Positions 1 through 8,092 of a stretch of DNA of 50,504 bases are shown piece by piece. Numbering within the stretch: the stretch's first letter is position 1; each line of letters starts with the position of its first letter. Origin of the DNA: a virus (Duplodnaviria > Caudoviricetes); the IMG/VR virus record IMGVR_UViG_3300005526_000012, positions 1 through 50,504 of that record; one strand, written 5' to 3'. Below the pieces are notes generated by a model. That model saw nothing but the letters and a program-made list of their open reading frames with translations, did not search any database and had not been told where the DNA came from. The position numbers and the translations under genes were made by a program.

Positions 1-40
1 GGGTTTTGGTTTTTTTTTTTTTTTTTTTTTTTATATTATA
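1..40 (+). repeat. Terminal overlap with poly(T) tract (left copy)
   Basis: GGGTTTTGG-T23-ATATTATA resembles GGGTTATGGTTA-T28-AAAATAT at 50458-50504. Confidence 0.7.
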
Positions 41-181
41 AAGAGATGGTTATTCTGAAAATTTCGCCTTTATCTCCGCCATAAAACACACTGCCAAGGG
101 GGGACGGTACGGGATACTCTCTCCCCCTTTTTTAACTCGTTTATATTCAAAGCTTTACCCTGTGGAAATAACGGGAGAGAC

Positions 182-210
182 TTGACAGTGCTTTCAGCAC
201 TGAGTATGAT
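182..210 (+). promoter_or_regulatory. Sigma70-type promoter with palindromic spacer
   Basis: TTGACA-17 bp-TATGAT; CAGTGCT-ttc-AGCACTG inverted repeat overlaps the -35 and spacer. Confidence 0.8.
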
Positions 211-234
211 TATCGACAGGAGATAATCTACGAT

Positions 235-813
235 ATGTCACATATTCCTCCCGCTGCACAAATAGGAAAAGAACCTTGTGATTGTGGACGGATTAAAGAT
301 AAACTGCATTGTCCTTATTGTGGATCTTATGATGTTAGATCACGTAAAGGTAATGCAACACGACCGCACCCACAATCTCACGAATTAACAGAATATCCGC
401 TGTTTAAGTGTCGGCATTGCGGTAGAATGTTCGATCAGTTTCAACATATGTTTGAATGTACTGCACCCGTTCAAATAACTAAAGCTGATCGTAATAAACA
501 ACATGCTGATGATGTATTAGCACATTTACATGCTAATGATTTAGGTGCAATTGACAATAGAGATTTTAAGCAAACAGTGGGTATTCCTGTTGAAGAATTT
601 AAGTATCTAACCAGACGCGCATTACAAGCCGCGAAAAGGATACAACCAAATGAGCAAAGACAAGAATCCGCCAGTATTCAAAATAATTCTGAAGGACAAA
701 GCGGGATGCCCGATCAAAATCAGTCCGAAGAAAAGAAAACTAAAGGAAGCGGACCTGAAGTCAGAATTACAGAAGATGGCAGAAAGATTTGGAAAATCCC
801 AGGATTAGAATAA
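235..813 (+). CDS. Zinc-ribbon early protein
   Basis: CPYC and CRHC pairs; GGAG RBS; directly behind the promoter. Confidence 0.75.
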   Translation: MSHIPPAAQIGKEPCDCGRIKDKLHCPYCGSYDVRSRKGNATRPHPQSHELTEYPLFKCRHCGRMFDQFQHMFECTAPVQITKADRNKQHADDVLAHLHANDLGAIDNRDFKQTVGIPVEEFKYLTRRALQAAKRIQPNEQRQESASIQNNSEGQSGMPDQNQSEEKKTKGSGPEVRITEDGRKIWKIPGLE

Positions 814-823
814 GGAGATTAGC

Positions 824-976
824 ATGTTTGAAACTGAATGGGTTCCTCTCTTGTGCCTGATTCTATTCTGGTATGCATTAGGCTATCTTATAACAAGGAG
901 CGTTAGAATGTATGAACACTTCGTACAGAAAAAACATGAGCGGAAGATTGGAGTTGACAATCGAAACATTAACTAA
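824..976 (+). CDS. Small single-TM protein (50 aa, not in ORF track)
   Basis: AAGGAG RBS; MFETEWVPLLCLILFWYALGYLITR hydrophobic stretch. Confidence 0.55.
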   Translation: MFETEWVPLLCLILFWYALGYLITRSVRMYEHFVQKKHERKIGVDNRNIN

Positions 977-1118
977 TCGCAAAAGCGATTTTAACCAGCT
1001 CAGAATACGAGCTGAGATAGATCGTCTCCGACGAACTAGCGTTACGCATCCAGATGAAAATATCCGTGATGCCGCTAGGCAACGGGCTGAATTTTTGGAG
1101 AAAGAGTTAGAATCATGA
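912..1118 (+). CDS. Hypothetical protein
   Basis: ORF coupled to next gene by ATGA; true start may lie downstream. Confidence 0.5.
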   Translation: MNTSYRKNMSGRLELTIETLTNRKSDFNQLRIRAEIDRLRRTSVTHPDENIRDAARQRAEFLEKELES

Positions 1119-1354
1119 GCCTATTAGATGATGTTAAAGCAGCTATTAAAACGCGGAATGAAGCTGATAAGATAATAGCTGAAATTTCTGCTAACCAAAA
1201 AGCAGTCAGATTTATCCTTTTGAACCCCGAAGCCACCCGTGAAGATATCGCTCAACATTTACTCATGCTTAATGATGAGCTAATTGAAAAAGTATCAAAG
1301 ATGTTAGATAATACATCTGAAAGCCTGAAGCCCGAAGCCTCTAACGAGAGCTAA
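1115..1354 (+). CDS. Hypothetical protein
   Basis: ATGA overlap with upstream ORF. Confidence 0.65.
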   Translation: MSLLDDVKAAIKTRNEADKIIAEISANQKAVRFILLNPEATREDIAQHLLMLNDELIEKVSKMLDNTSESLKPEASNES

Positions 1355-1357
1355 AAT

Positions 1358-1645
1358 ATGCCAAATCAAATGGAAAATTCGGCACCGCATAAATGCTTAC
1401 AGTGTAATAGTAAGCTAGCGAAGCCTTGTTATGAAGCGGTATATCTGCCTTCGTATCGTAATTATTTTCCATTGGTATATGAGATGAGATGGGCGTGTCC
1501 ATGTACAGAATGTAAAACTGTATATGTGTGGACGTTTCCTAATGTGTGGCAAGAGCGTCATCCATTAGAGATATTTGATTCTAAACTTGTACTACCACAA
1601 CATTTCGATTTCTATGGACGGAAATTAAAACATGCCAAAATCTGA
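1358..1645 (+). CDS. Small zinc-finger protein
   Basis: CLQC...CTEC. Confidence 0.6.
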   Translation: MPNQMENSAPHKCLQCNSKLAKPCYEAVYLPSYRNYFPLVYEMRWACPCTECKTVYVWTFPNVWQERHPLEIFDSKLVLPQHFDFYGRKLKHAKI

Positions 1646-1835
1646 TTACGTTATTGTTAAAGCAGATAACACGATATGTCCGCTTTGCGAAAAAAAGGTT
1701 TTGCTTTTACAAGACGAACGGATTCGTAAGCGTATGCCTATGTTTTGGATTTGCTTTAATTGTGAATTCGTTGCACAAGTTGGTAAAGGAATAGTACATA
1801 GAATAGGACAACGAGAAGATAAAGAGGTTAAATGA
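1632..1835 (+). CDS. Small zinc-ribbon protein
   Basis: CPLC...CFNC. Confidence 0.65.
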   Translation: MPKSDYVIVKADNTICPLCEKKVLLLQDERIRKRMPMFWICFNCEFVAQVGKGIVHRIGQREDKEVK

Positions 1836-2182
1836 TGAAAGCTAACTTCGATTTCGTTAAACGTTCAATTGATGAGTTAGAAGAAGACGGCGATAAATCG
1901 TTATTCTTCTATAATAATCCACGCTCGCGTGCAAAGCTCATCCAAGATATGTTAGCTTTCAGCGTAGCTCATATTGACCACATTCATGAGCCGCTAGATA
2001 ATAGCAAACGTGTGCATGAAATAATTCGTTGGCTGGATAATAATTATCAAGGTTTTGAATGGCCACTTCACGAAGTTCACTTCCATCCTAATTTTTTCAC
2101 ATTCTGCACTTGTACATTTACCTGCTTAAATGAAATAAGTGATGTGTTAGAAAAAATCATGAGAGAGAGGTTTGCTGCATGA
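1832..2182 (+). CDS. Hypothetical protein
   Basis: ATGA coupling on both sides. Confidence 0.65.
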   Translation: MMKANFDFVKRSIDELEEDGDKSLFFYNNPRSRAKLIQDMLAFSVAHIDHIHEPLDNSKRVHEIIRWLDNNYQGFEWPLHEVHFHPNFFTFCTCTFTCLNEISDVLEKIMRERFAA

Positions 2183-2634
2183 AAAGAAATGAAGATTTAA
2201 TTCGTGAATGGATAGCTGCGCTAAGAAGCGGAGAATATAAGCAAGGCTATCGCCAACTCAAAACTTTAGCATCTTGCGAAGCTGATAAAGTTCCGCATTT
2301 TTGCTGTCTGGGCGTTCTTTGTGAAGTAGCTGTAAAACATGCAATGATTAAACTTGAAGGATCAGACGGTTATCTTTATGAGTATCACGATCCTTATATT
2401 GATCCTGATACTGATGATAATATTCGTGAAGAAGGAATAACTTCTGATCTTGGTGTATATTTCAGGCCATATGTAGGACTGACCAACCAAGAAGAAATGA
2501 CTTTAATTCGTATGAACGACGGTCCAGTTAATAGTAGTGGTATGGTGACTGACAGAACACAAAGTAAATCTTTTCTCGATATCGCAGATTATATTGAGAA
2601 AGAAATTCTACCAAAGGAGCCAGAAGGCGTATGA
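2179..2634 (+). CDS. Conserved phage hypothetical protein
   Basis: WIAALRSGEYKQG...CCLGVLC...ND...SFLDIADYIE pattern, recalled from a widespread phage family of unknown function. Confidence 0.7.
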   Translation: MKRNEDLIREWIAALRSGEYKQGYRQLKTLASCEADKVPHFCCLGVLCEVAVKHAMIKLEGSDGYLYEYHDPYIDPDTDDNIREEGITSDLGVYFRPYVGLTNQEEMTLIRMNDGPVNSSGMVTDRTQSKSFLDIADYIEKEILPKEPEGV

Positions 2635-2900
2635 TTGTTGTAGCTTTTGCAAACGTTACCAATATCTCACTGAAGAAAGAAAATCCCAAAGATGCAAAAG
2701 GTAATACCGATTGGGAAAAAACAGTGGAATATTATGAATCCACTTTGTCTATTTTAGACAATAACAAAGGCATCGAAGGACGGGTTCACGTCCGCGAAAA
2801 GTTGGACTTTGGAAAATTTTATCGCATCATGGTCAACACGGATGACGGCGTGGATGTGGTTAAGGATCAAGTGGTTACAGATGCAAAAGTTTGGCCCTAA
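2631..2900 (+). CDS. Hypothetical protein
   Basis: ATGA overlap; AAGGAG upstream. Confidence 0.65.
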   Translation: MIVVAFANVTNISLKKENPKDAKGNTDWEKTVEYYESTLSILDNNKGIEGRVHVREKLDFGKFYRIMVNTDDGVDVVKDQVVTDAKVWP

Positions 2901-2922
2901 CGCGAAAATTTATCAGTCAGAC

Positions 2923-2951
2923 TTGACACCCTATAATAAGGATGCGATACT
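2923..2951 (+). promoter_or_regulatory. Sigma70-type promoter
   Basis: TTGACA-17 bp-GATACT with extended -10 TG, in an intergenic gap. Confidence 0.6.
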
Positions 2952-2999
2952 CAAGAAGTCAGGCGTCAGTCTGATCCGCTTGTACCGACGGCAATATCG

Positions 3000-3365
3000 G
3001 TGCTACGCTATAATAAAGATATGCTATACAATAAAATAAAGGTTAAGATTTTCGATCCTGATGGAAAATTAAGACTTGCTAAAAATATTCTAGCAGGTAA
3101 CGGACGGGTTATTACAGAATCAGGAGTTTTAACTGAGCTATCTAAAATAGCAGATAAGCTCGAAAACGATCTTCCGCAGTTAGAATATAAGATGGTTCAA
3201 CTGCGAAGCCAGCCTCACATCGCGGAATATAATTTTGTTTATGTGGGGTTACGACCGGATGTAGAACAAATTAGCGAAGCAGTAGATTCAAAAATTAAGG
3301 AACAAGAAAAGGAACCTAATAATGACGACAACCGCAGTAACGCCAACGAAACCCCAAGCAGTTAA
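3000..3365 (+). CDS. Hypothetical protein
   Basis: ORF downstream of promoter; start uncertain (3000 or 3021). Confidence 0.6.
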   Translation: MLRYNKDMLYNKIKVKIFDPDGKLRLAKNILAGNGRVITESGVLTELSKIADKLENDLPQLEYKMVQLRSQPHIAEYNFVYVGLRPDVEQISEAVDSKIKEQEKEPNNDDNRSNANETPSS

Positions 3366-3894
3366 CGATACGACTAACACCACTTCAGAACGTTTTGAAG
3401 TTGCTGTTGGTTATGATCTGTCCAAGGATGAAAAAGGACAGATTACACGCGAACCATCTTTCATGGGAGCAACCAAGGAAGATGAGCAAGCGGCAATTAA
3501 AAAGCTTGCTGATGAAGGTAAATTTGAGTATCAATTTACCGTAACCGTTTCAATTCCACGGGCGAAGAATCTTGCAGGAATTAAAGAAATTTGCCCGAAC
3601 GAAGAAGAAGCAGCCAACAATTTCAATCGCGGTGCAAAACAGAAAGCCAATAACCGTTTGAAGGCTTTGCTGACCGAAGTTGATGCTGATGGTAAACTGA
3701 AGTTTGATCCATCTACCGATCTCGTTAACAATGTCCTTGATATGCGTGAGGAAATTGCTAGCGAATCTAAGCGCAAGGTTTTGACTGAGGAAGAAAAGCT
3801 TGACCGCTTCCTTGCTGATTTCCCCGAAGCTATGCGTGCAGCGATGAAATCTGCATATCTGGCTCAACGTGGCGCGGCTGCTCCAGCAGCTTAA
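3322..3894 (+). CDS. Hypothetical protein, possibly abundant
   Basis: AAGGA RBS; followed by structured 3' region and terminator. Confidence 0.8.
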   Translation: MTTTAVTPTKPQAVNDTTNTTSERFEVAVGYDLSKDEKGQITREPSFMGATKEDEQAAIKKLADEGKFEYQFTVTVSIPRAKNLAGIKEICPNEEEAANNFNRGAKQKANNRLKALLTEVDADGKLKFDPSTDLVNNVLDMREEIASESKRKVLTEEEKLDRFLADFPEAMRAAMKSAYLAQRGAAAPAA

Positions 3895-3911
3895 CGCTAA
3901 ATAACCTAAAG

Positions 3912-4172
3912 CTTACAATGTTATGAGCATTGTAAGATGCTAACGTCACTCATGTAGTAGAACCTACAGTTTGACGTTAGCTCTTTAGTAAAGCTGCGGT
4001 GGCGCAGAATAGAGTTACTTCTCATTGGAAAAAGATACTCTATTCGTATATTCCCCGCAGCTTTATTAAGGAGTAGTTAGCAGAAAGGAGCCTAAATGGT
4101 AAATCGCTAGCGGATAACAATCCATCTTGAAAAGATGAAAAGAGCACGCTGCTGTATAGCGTGCTCTTTTTT
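3912..4172 (+). ncRNA. Candidate structured ncRNA or structured 3' UTR
   Basis: Consecutive stems 3912-3936, 3939-3981, 3989-4065 (inner 4007-4045), 4076-4111, then terminator; no long ORF. Confidence 0.5.
4138..4172 (+). terminator. Intrinsic terminator, potentially bidirectional
   Basis: AAAAGAGCACGCT-loop-AGCGTGCTCTTTTTT. Confidence 0.85.
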
Positions 4173-4240
4173 ATTGGTTGTTAAATAATAATTAGTATAA
4201 CTCTGAGCTATTTCTCATGTATACCATGTAATATTAAGCT

Positions 4241-4300
4241 TAAGATGTTGATTTCAAAGCAATTATCCCTCTTGACGGGCTTTAGCCGTCCTGCTAAAAT
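4241..4300 (+). promoter_or_regulatory. IHF-consensus site plus sigma70 promoter
   Basis: TAAGATGTTGATT is the reverse complement of WATCAANNNNTTR; TTGACG(4272)-17 bp-TAAAAT(4295) with extended TG; GACGG...CCGTC inverted repeat. Confidence 0.75.
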
Positions 4301-4337
4301 CGCGCAAGCGTAAGTAATAACTCGGAGAAATTTAATC

Positions 4338-4514
4338 ATGGCAAATAAGATTAGAACTATACGAATTTCAGAGATTTCAGAATTAACACAAGTTTTAATG
4401 TTATGTAATATGATTACTAAATGTAATTGTCATGATCTTAAATGTATTAATTGTAGTATCAGTTCTCAAATTCAAGAAGCTTTAAGATTATTAGACAATA
4501 TTCAACATCAGTAA
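4338..4514 (+). CDS. Small Cys-rich protein (58 aa, not in ORF track)
   Basis: GGAG RBS; CNC...CINC. Confidence 0.55.
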   Translation: MANKIRTIRISEISELTQVLMLCNMITKCNCHDLKCINCSISSQIQEALRLLDNIQHQ

Positions 4515-4528
4515 GCGGAGATTTTAAA

Positions 4529-5086
4529 ATGGGCTATAGAAGAAACTCGCATTGGTTAGATTCAAGCGTTCCTGTTAAAGTGACCGTAAGTTGGTCATCT
4601 TTAGTTGGTGCGTATGATCTAAAATTTGACAATATTGGCGCTCATTGGGATAAAGTTAAAAGTATCATCGCTTGGCTCAAAATGACCGTCCCTTATGGGG
4701 AAAGGGAATATGATGATATTAACAAGATTTGGACAATTCACGAGAAATTCTTCCAAGACCTTAAAAATGTACTCAGTGCCGTTGGTCCTGAGTTTGATGT
4801 CACTATTGTTGAAAAGCCTGTGGGTGGTACATCAGTTAAGTTTGTCCCTCTCGATATCTATTTGGAACTCTTTAAAGAGCTTTCGGGTTTGGATATTGCA
4901 AATTATGGTGAAGATAAATTCAGCGAAGCAAAGCGTGCTTACTTTAAAACAGCCATGAAATTACATCCAGATCATCATCCTAATGATCCTGAAGCTTATG
5001 CTAAAATGCGAGATTTTAATGAAGCTTGGGATGTAATCAAAGAGAAACATTTCAAAATCGTTAGAACTATGGAGCAGGTTCAATGA
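4529..5086 (+). CDS. C-terminal J-domain (DnaJ-like) protein with HARP-like N-terminal domain
   Basis: KRAYFKTAMKLHPD...MRDFNEAWDVI is a J-domain; N-terminal LKMTVPYGEREYDDINKIWTI resembles HARP. Confidence 0.85.
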   Translation: MGYRRNSHWLDSSVPVKVTVSWSSLVGAYDLKFDNIGAHWDKVKSIIAWLKMTVPYGEREYDDINKIWTIHEKFFQDLKNVLSAVGPEFDVTIVEKPVGGTSVKFVPLDIYLELFKELSGLDIANYGEDKFSEAKRAYFKTAMKLHPDHHPNDPEAYAKMRDFNEAWDVIKEKHFKIVRTMEQVQ

Positions 5087-5319
5087 GCGAAAATTACTTC
5101 ATTTCAACAACTGAGCCAGCTTATATTGTTACGGTTTTGCTTCGTAACAATCCCGGTATGGTTAGAGATTGTTGGTTTACAAAAGAGGAATATTTCTGTA
5201 TCCGGCAAACAAAATATAATCAAGATGGTACTGAACCAGAAACTAAAATTATGCGTCTTGCACCCAACGAAGTTGTGGAAATGTATAACGTGATTAAGGC
5301 AAAAGTGGAGCCAAAATGA
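5083..5319 (+). CDS. Hypothetical protein
   Basis: ATGA coupling; GGAG RBS. Confidence 0.65.
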   Translation: MSENYFISTTEPAYIVTVLLRNNPGMVRDCWFTKEEYFCIRQTKYNQDGTEPETKIMRLAPNEVVEMYNVIKAKVEPK

Positions 5320-5516
5320 AAACAGATAGTTTTATTGTTCTCCGTCCCGGTGAATACGATCAATTATCAGAAGATTTAAAACATCGTATCACTACCGAAA
5401 ACACAGAAGTTGAAAAAGTTCTCGAAGGTGATAAGTATTACTTCGATCATGATATCTTTCATGAGATATTGGAAGATATTCAAGATGAGGGATGGGAAGA
5501 TGATAATCCCTCATAA
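5316..5516 (+). CDS. Small acidic protein
   Basis: D/E-rich 66 aa; ATGA coupling. Confidence 0.6.
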   Translation: MKTDSFIVLRPGEYDQLSEDLKHRITTENTEVEKVLEGDKYYFDHDIFHEILEDIQDEGWEDDNPS

Positions 5517-5734
5517 AGAATTTGACTTTGGTATTCGTGCAGCGGACGAATCTCACAAATGTCTATATTTTGGATGTAAGAAGGTTGGAGATTTTCACGT
5601 CTTCGCTAAAACAGACAAGGGAAATTATATCTGCGATTTCCCTAACATCTGCGATATGCATATAATCCATGTATTTCTGGAAAGTTTGAGTGATCCTGAT
5701 GTTAGTTAAAATTCACACCTTAAAGGAGCCTAAA

Positions 5735-6238
5735 GTGGAAAATAAAGCGAAACTAAACAAAGCCTTGCTCAACAAGGTTAAAAAGCACATCCTCGAAGAA
5801 CCCAACCGTTTAATCATGTCAACGTGGTTATCCAAAACTACACCCGGCACTAAAATTAATCCCGGTGCATGGGGCGAAAATAACATGGAAGTTCCAAAAT
5901 GTGGAACGGTTGGATGTATTGCGGGATGGATTGTACTTTTGGCGCATCCTGATGCTGACGAACGCATGAAGCTTGAAACTTTGTATGGCTATAACGCCAT
6001 AGCAAAAAGAGCTTTAGGTATTGCCGACCTAAGTGTTTATTATAGCGGAATACCTTTTGAAATCTTTTACGTTGACAGATGGCCAGAACCATTCAAAACT
6101 CAGTATTACGAAGTATCGTATAAGTTTCCAAATCATGACGAAGCGCAAAAAGAACGCGCTAAAATTGTAGCTGCTGTTATCGACGAATTCAAAAAGAGAT
6201 GGGACGAACTTCACACACCTAAAAAAGTAAAAGAATAG
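5735..6238 (+). CDS. Conserved phage hypothetical protein
   Basis: CGTVGCIAGW motif; GTG at 5735 behind AAAGGAG is the likelier start (track gives 5690). Confidence 0.7.
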   Translation: MENKAKLNKALLNKVKKHILEEPNRLIMSTWLSKTTPGTKINPGAWGENNMEVPKCGTVGCIAGWIVLLAHPDADERMKLETLYGYNAIAKRALGIADLSVYYSGIPFEIFYVDRWPEPFKTQYYEVSYKFPNHDEAQKERAKIVAAVIDEFKKRWDELHTPKKVKE

Positions 6239-6245
6239 TTTCGCT

Positions 6246-6743
6246 ATGCCAAGGCTTCGGTATTTAAAATCTCGCAGAGAGGATTTTGAAGAAGATGACT
6301 TTAATTTCAACGAACCAGAAAATGAAGGAACTTCTAGCGAAACAAGTCCGTCAGGATTTGAAGGCGTACAGGAAGAAGCTCCGAGCGGAACGTCGTGGCT
6401 CTCAAATGCAAGCGTTATTGCTTCGTTTACGGACGAACAGCTTAAAGCTGCCATCGGACGTTGCAAAGCTAATCTCATTTTATTTGAAGCTGAGCTTATG
6501 GCAAGGGCTTACCAAAATAAGTCTCACCCTAATGAAGCTCGGCCTCAAAATTTCCGAGTTCGTAGAAGAAAAAGCGGAATACCAAGCAGCGAAGATTTGC
6601 CAAAACGCGCTAAAAGAGTTTCAGGAAGTGATTCAGTACAGGCGGTAGTAGATGCGGAAAAGTTCTTGCGTAAGCAAGGTATCAAAAATAGCCAGGAAAT
6701 CATGAAATCTTGGCTTAAAATAATTGCGGAAAAAGGAGAATAA
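6246..6743 (+). CDS. Hypothetical protein with acidic and basic halves
   Basis: Fills gap between neighbours. Confidence 0.65.
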   Translation: MPRLRYLKSRREDFEEDDFNFNEPENEGTSSETSPSGFEGVQEEAPSGTSWLSNASVIASFTDEQLKAAIGRCKANLILFEAELMARAYQNKSHPNEARPQNFRVRRRKSGIPSSEDLPKRAKRVSGSDSVQAVVDAEKFLRKQGIKNSQEIMKSWLKIIAEKGE

Positions 6744-7149
6744 AGTGAATGGCGAAATATCAAAGGAAAGCGTTATCTACGCACATGCCCGCGTTGAACA
6801 GTGGCTCAAAGATTACGCGGAATCAAATTTCTTACCTGAGCATGAATTTACCCTCCGGGTTCTCTCATCTATTTTCGATGAGAAGAACGGGCAAATATCT
6901 CGGGCTATCTATCATTTGTCCCCACTGCGAAACAAAATGCCCAAAAGAAATAAAACCTCACGCTCGTTGGAGATGGATGAGCGTACACATAGCAAAACAT
7001 CGCGGACATTGGCTGGTAAAAGATTAGATGGTCGAACACAAAGAAAGGGTTTCAGATATAATGGAACCCATTGGATGCAGAAGCCCGAAAACAAAGCAAA
7101 AGTTATAAAAATGATGCGTGAACGTCGCGCAAACAGGATGGCAGCATAA
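6724..7149 (+). CDS. Hypothetical basic protein (likely GTG start at 6745)
   Basis: AAAGGAG RBS before GTG; TAATG coupling to vWA gene. Confidence 0.6.
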   Translation: MRKKENKVNGEISKESVIYAHARVEQWLKDYAESNFLPEHEFTLRVLSSIFDEKNGQISRAIYHLSPLRNKMPKRNKTSRSLEMDERTHSKTSRTLAGKRLDGRTQRKGFRYNGTHWMQKPENKAKVIKMMRERRANRMAA

Positions 7150-7865
7150 TGACCGAAGAAAACAAAATCGAAAAACCCTCTGCTGTCGCAGATATGTTCA
7201 AGCCCAAGAAATATGGCATAGCTGCGAAACGAGAAGCCGCTCAGAAAAAGATAGCGGAACTCAATCCTCTCGATATGGCTAACAAGCTAGCTATCGTGTT
7301 TGATGATAGCGGTTCTATGAATGGGCAGAAAATTCGTGATGCTCATGACGGTGTAAGAGGATTCACTAATCAGTGTATTCCCACCGAAACCAGTCTAGCA
7401 GTCTATCCTCTGAATGATGATTACAAGCCGCTAACTTGTAATTATGATTTGCTCAATCTCGCTGTTAGCTCAATAAGAGCTACTGGCGGAACTCCACTCT
7501 ATGCTAAAACACAACAAGCCTTAAAACATAGCGACGGCTATGATCGGCTTGTTCTCTTTAGTGATGGTGATCCTACAGATAAAAATGTTGGTTATGGTGA
7601 TGAATACACCAAAGATAACCACGAAGAAACCATCAAACTCGCTAACAGTGTAGAAACTCCTTTGGATACCGTTTATATTGGTATAGAAGGAACCACGGGT
7701 TATGATGTAATGAAGGATTTAGCGGATAAAACTGGTGGTATCTTTATCCACTTTAAAGATGCTAGCAGTCTAGCCTCCGGGTTGAAATATTTATCTCCCG
7801 GACTTCGTGGTTTGCTGGCAAATCCTGAGATAAAAGCTAAAATTGAGAGGGGCGAAACACTCTAA
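7149..7865 (+). CDS. von Willebrand factor A domain protein
   Basis: MIDAS motif DDSGSM, TGGTP, LFSDGDP, VYIG. Confidence 0.9.
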   Translation: MTEENKIEKPSAVADMFKPKKYGIAAKREAAQKKIAELNPLDMANKLAIVFDDSGSMNGQKIRDAHDGVRGFTNQCIPTETSLAVYPLNDDYKPLTCNYDLLNLAVSSIRATGGTPLYAKTQQALKHSDGYDRLVLFSDGDPTDKNVGYGDEYTKDNHEETIKLANSVETPLDTVYIGIEGTTGYDVMKDLADKTGGIFIHFKDASSLASGLKYLSPGLRGLLANPEIKAKIERGETL

Positions 7866-8092
7866 TGTGTATAAATTGTGATTGCTGTGAGTGTGACTGT
7901 CCCGAATGTGATGATAGAACGGACGAACAAATAGCTATTGATGAGGATTCCTCTCTATCACCACGAGAAAAATTTGTCAAATATCTAACTACGTTAGATT
8001 GGCCTCAAGCTACTAAAGATGCTATGTTAGTAGCTTATGATAATAGTTTTGATGAAGGGATGAATCCAAAAAATGAATCAGCCCAACAATGA
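7865..8092 (+). CDS. Small protein with Cys-rich N-terminus
   Basis: MCINCDCCECDCPEC; TAATG coupling. Confidence 0.55.
   Translation: MCINCDCCECDCPECDDRTDEQIAIDEDSSLSPREKFVKYLTTLDWPQATKDAMLVAYDNSFDEGMNPKNESAQQ

Noticed and set aside
3912-4111. tRNA or tmRNA
   Set aside because: No cloverleaf, TTCGA T-loop or CCA end found
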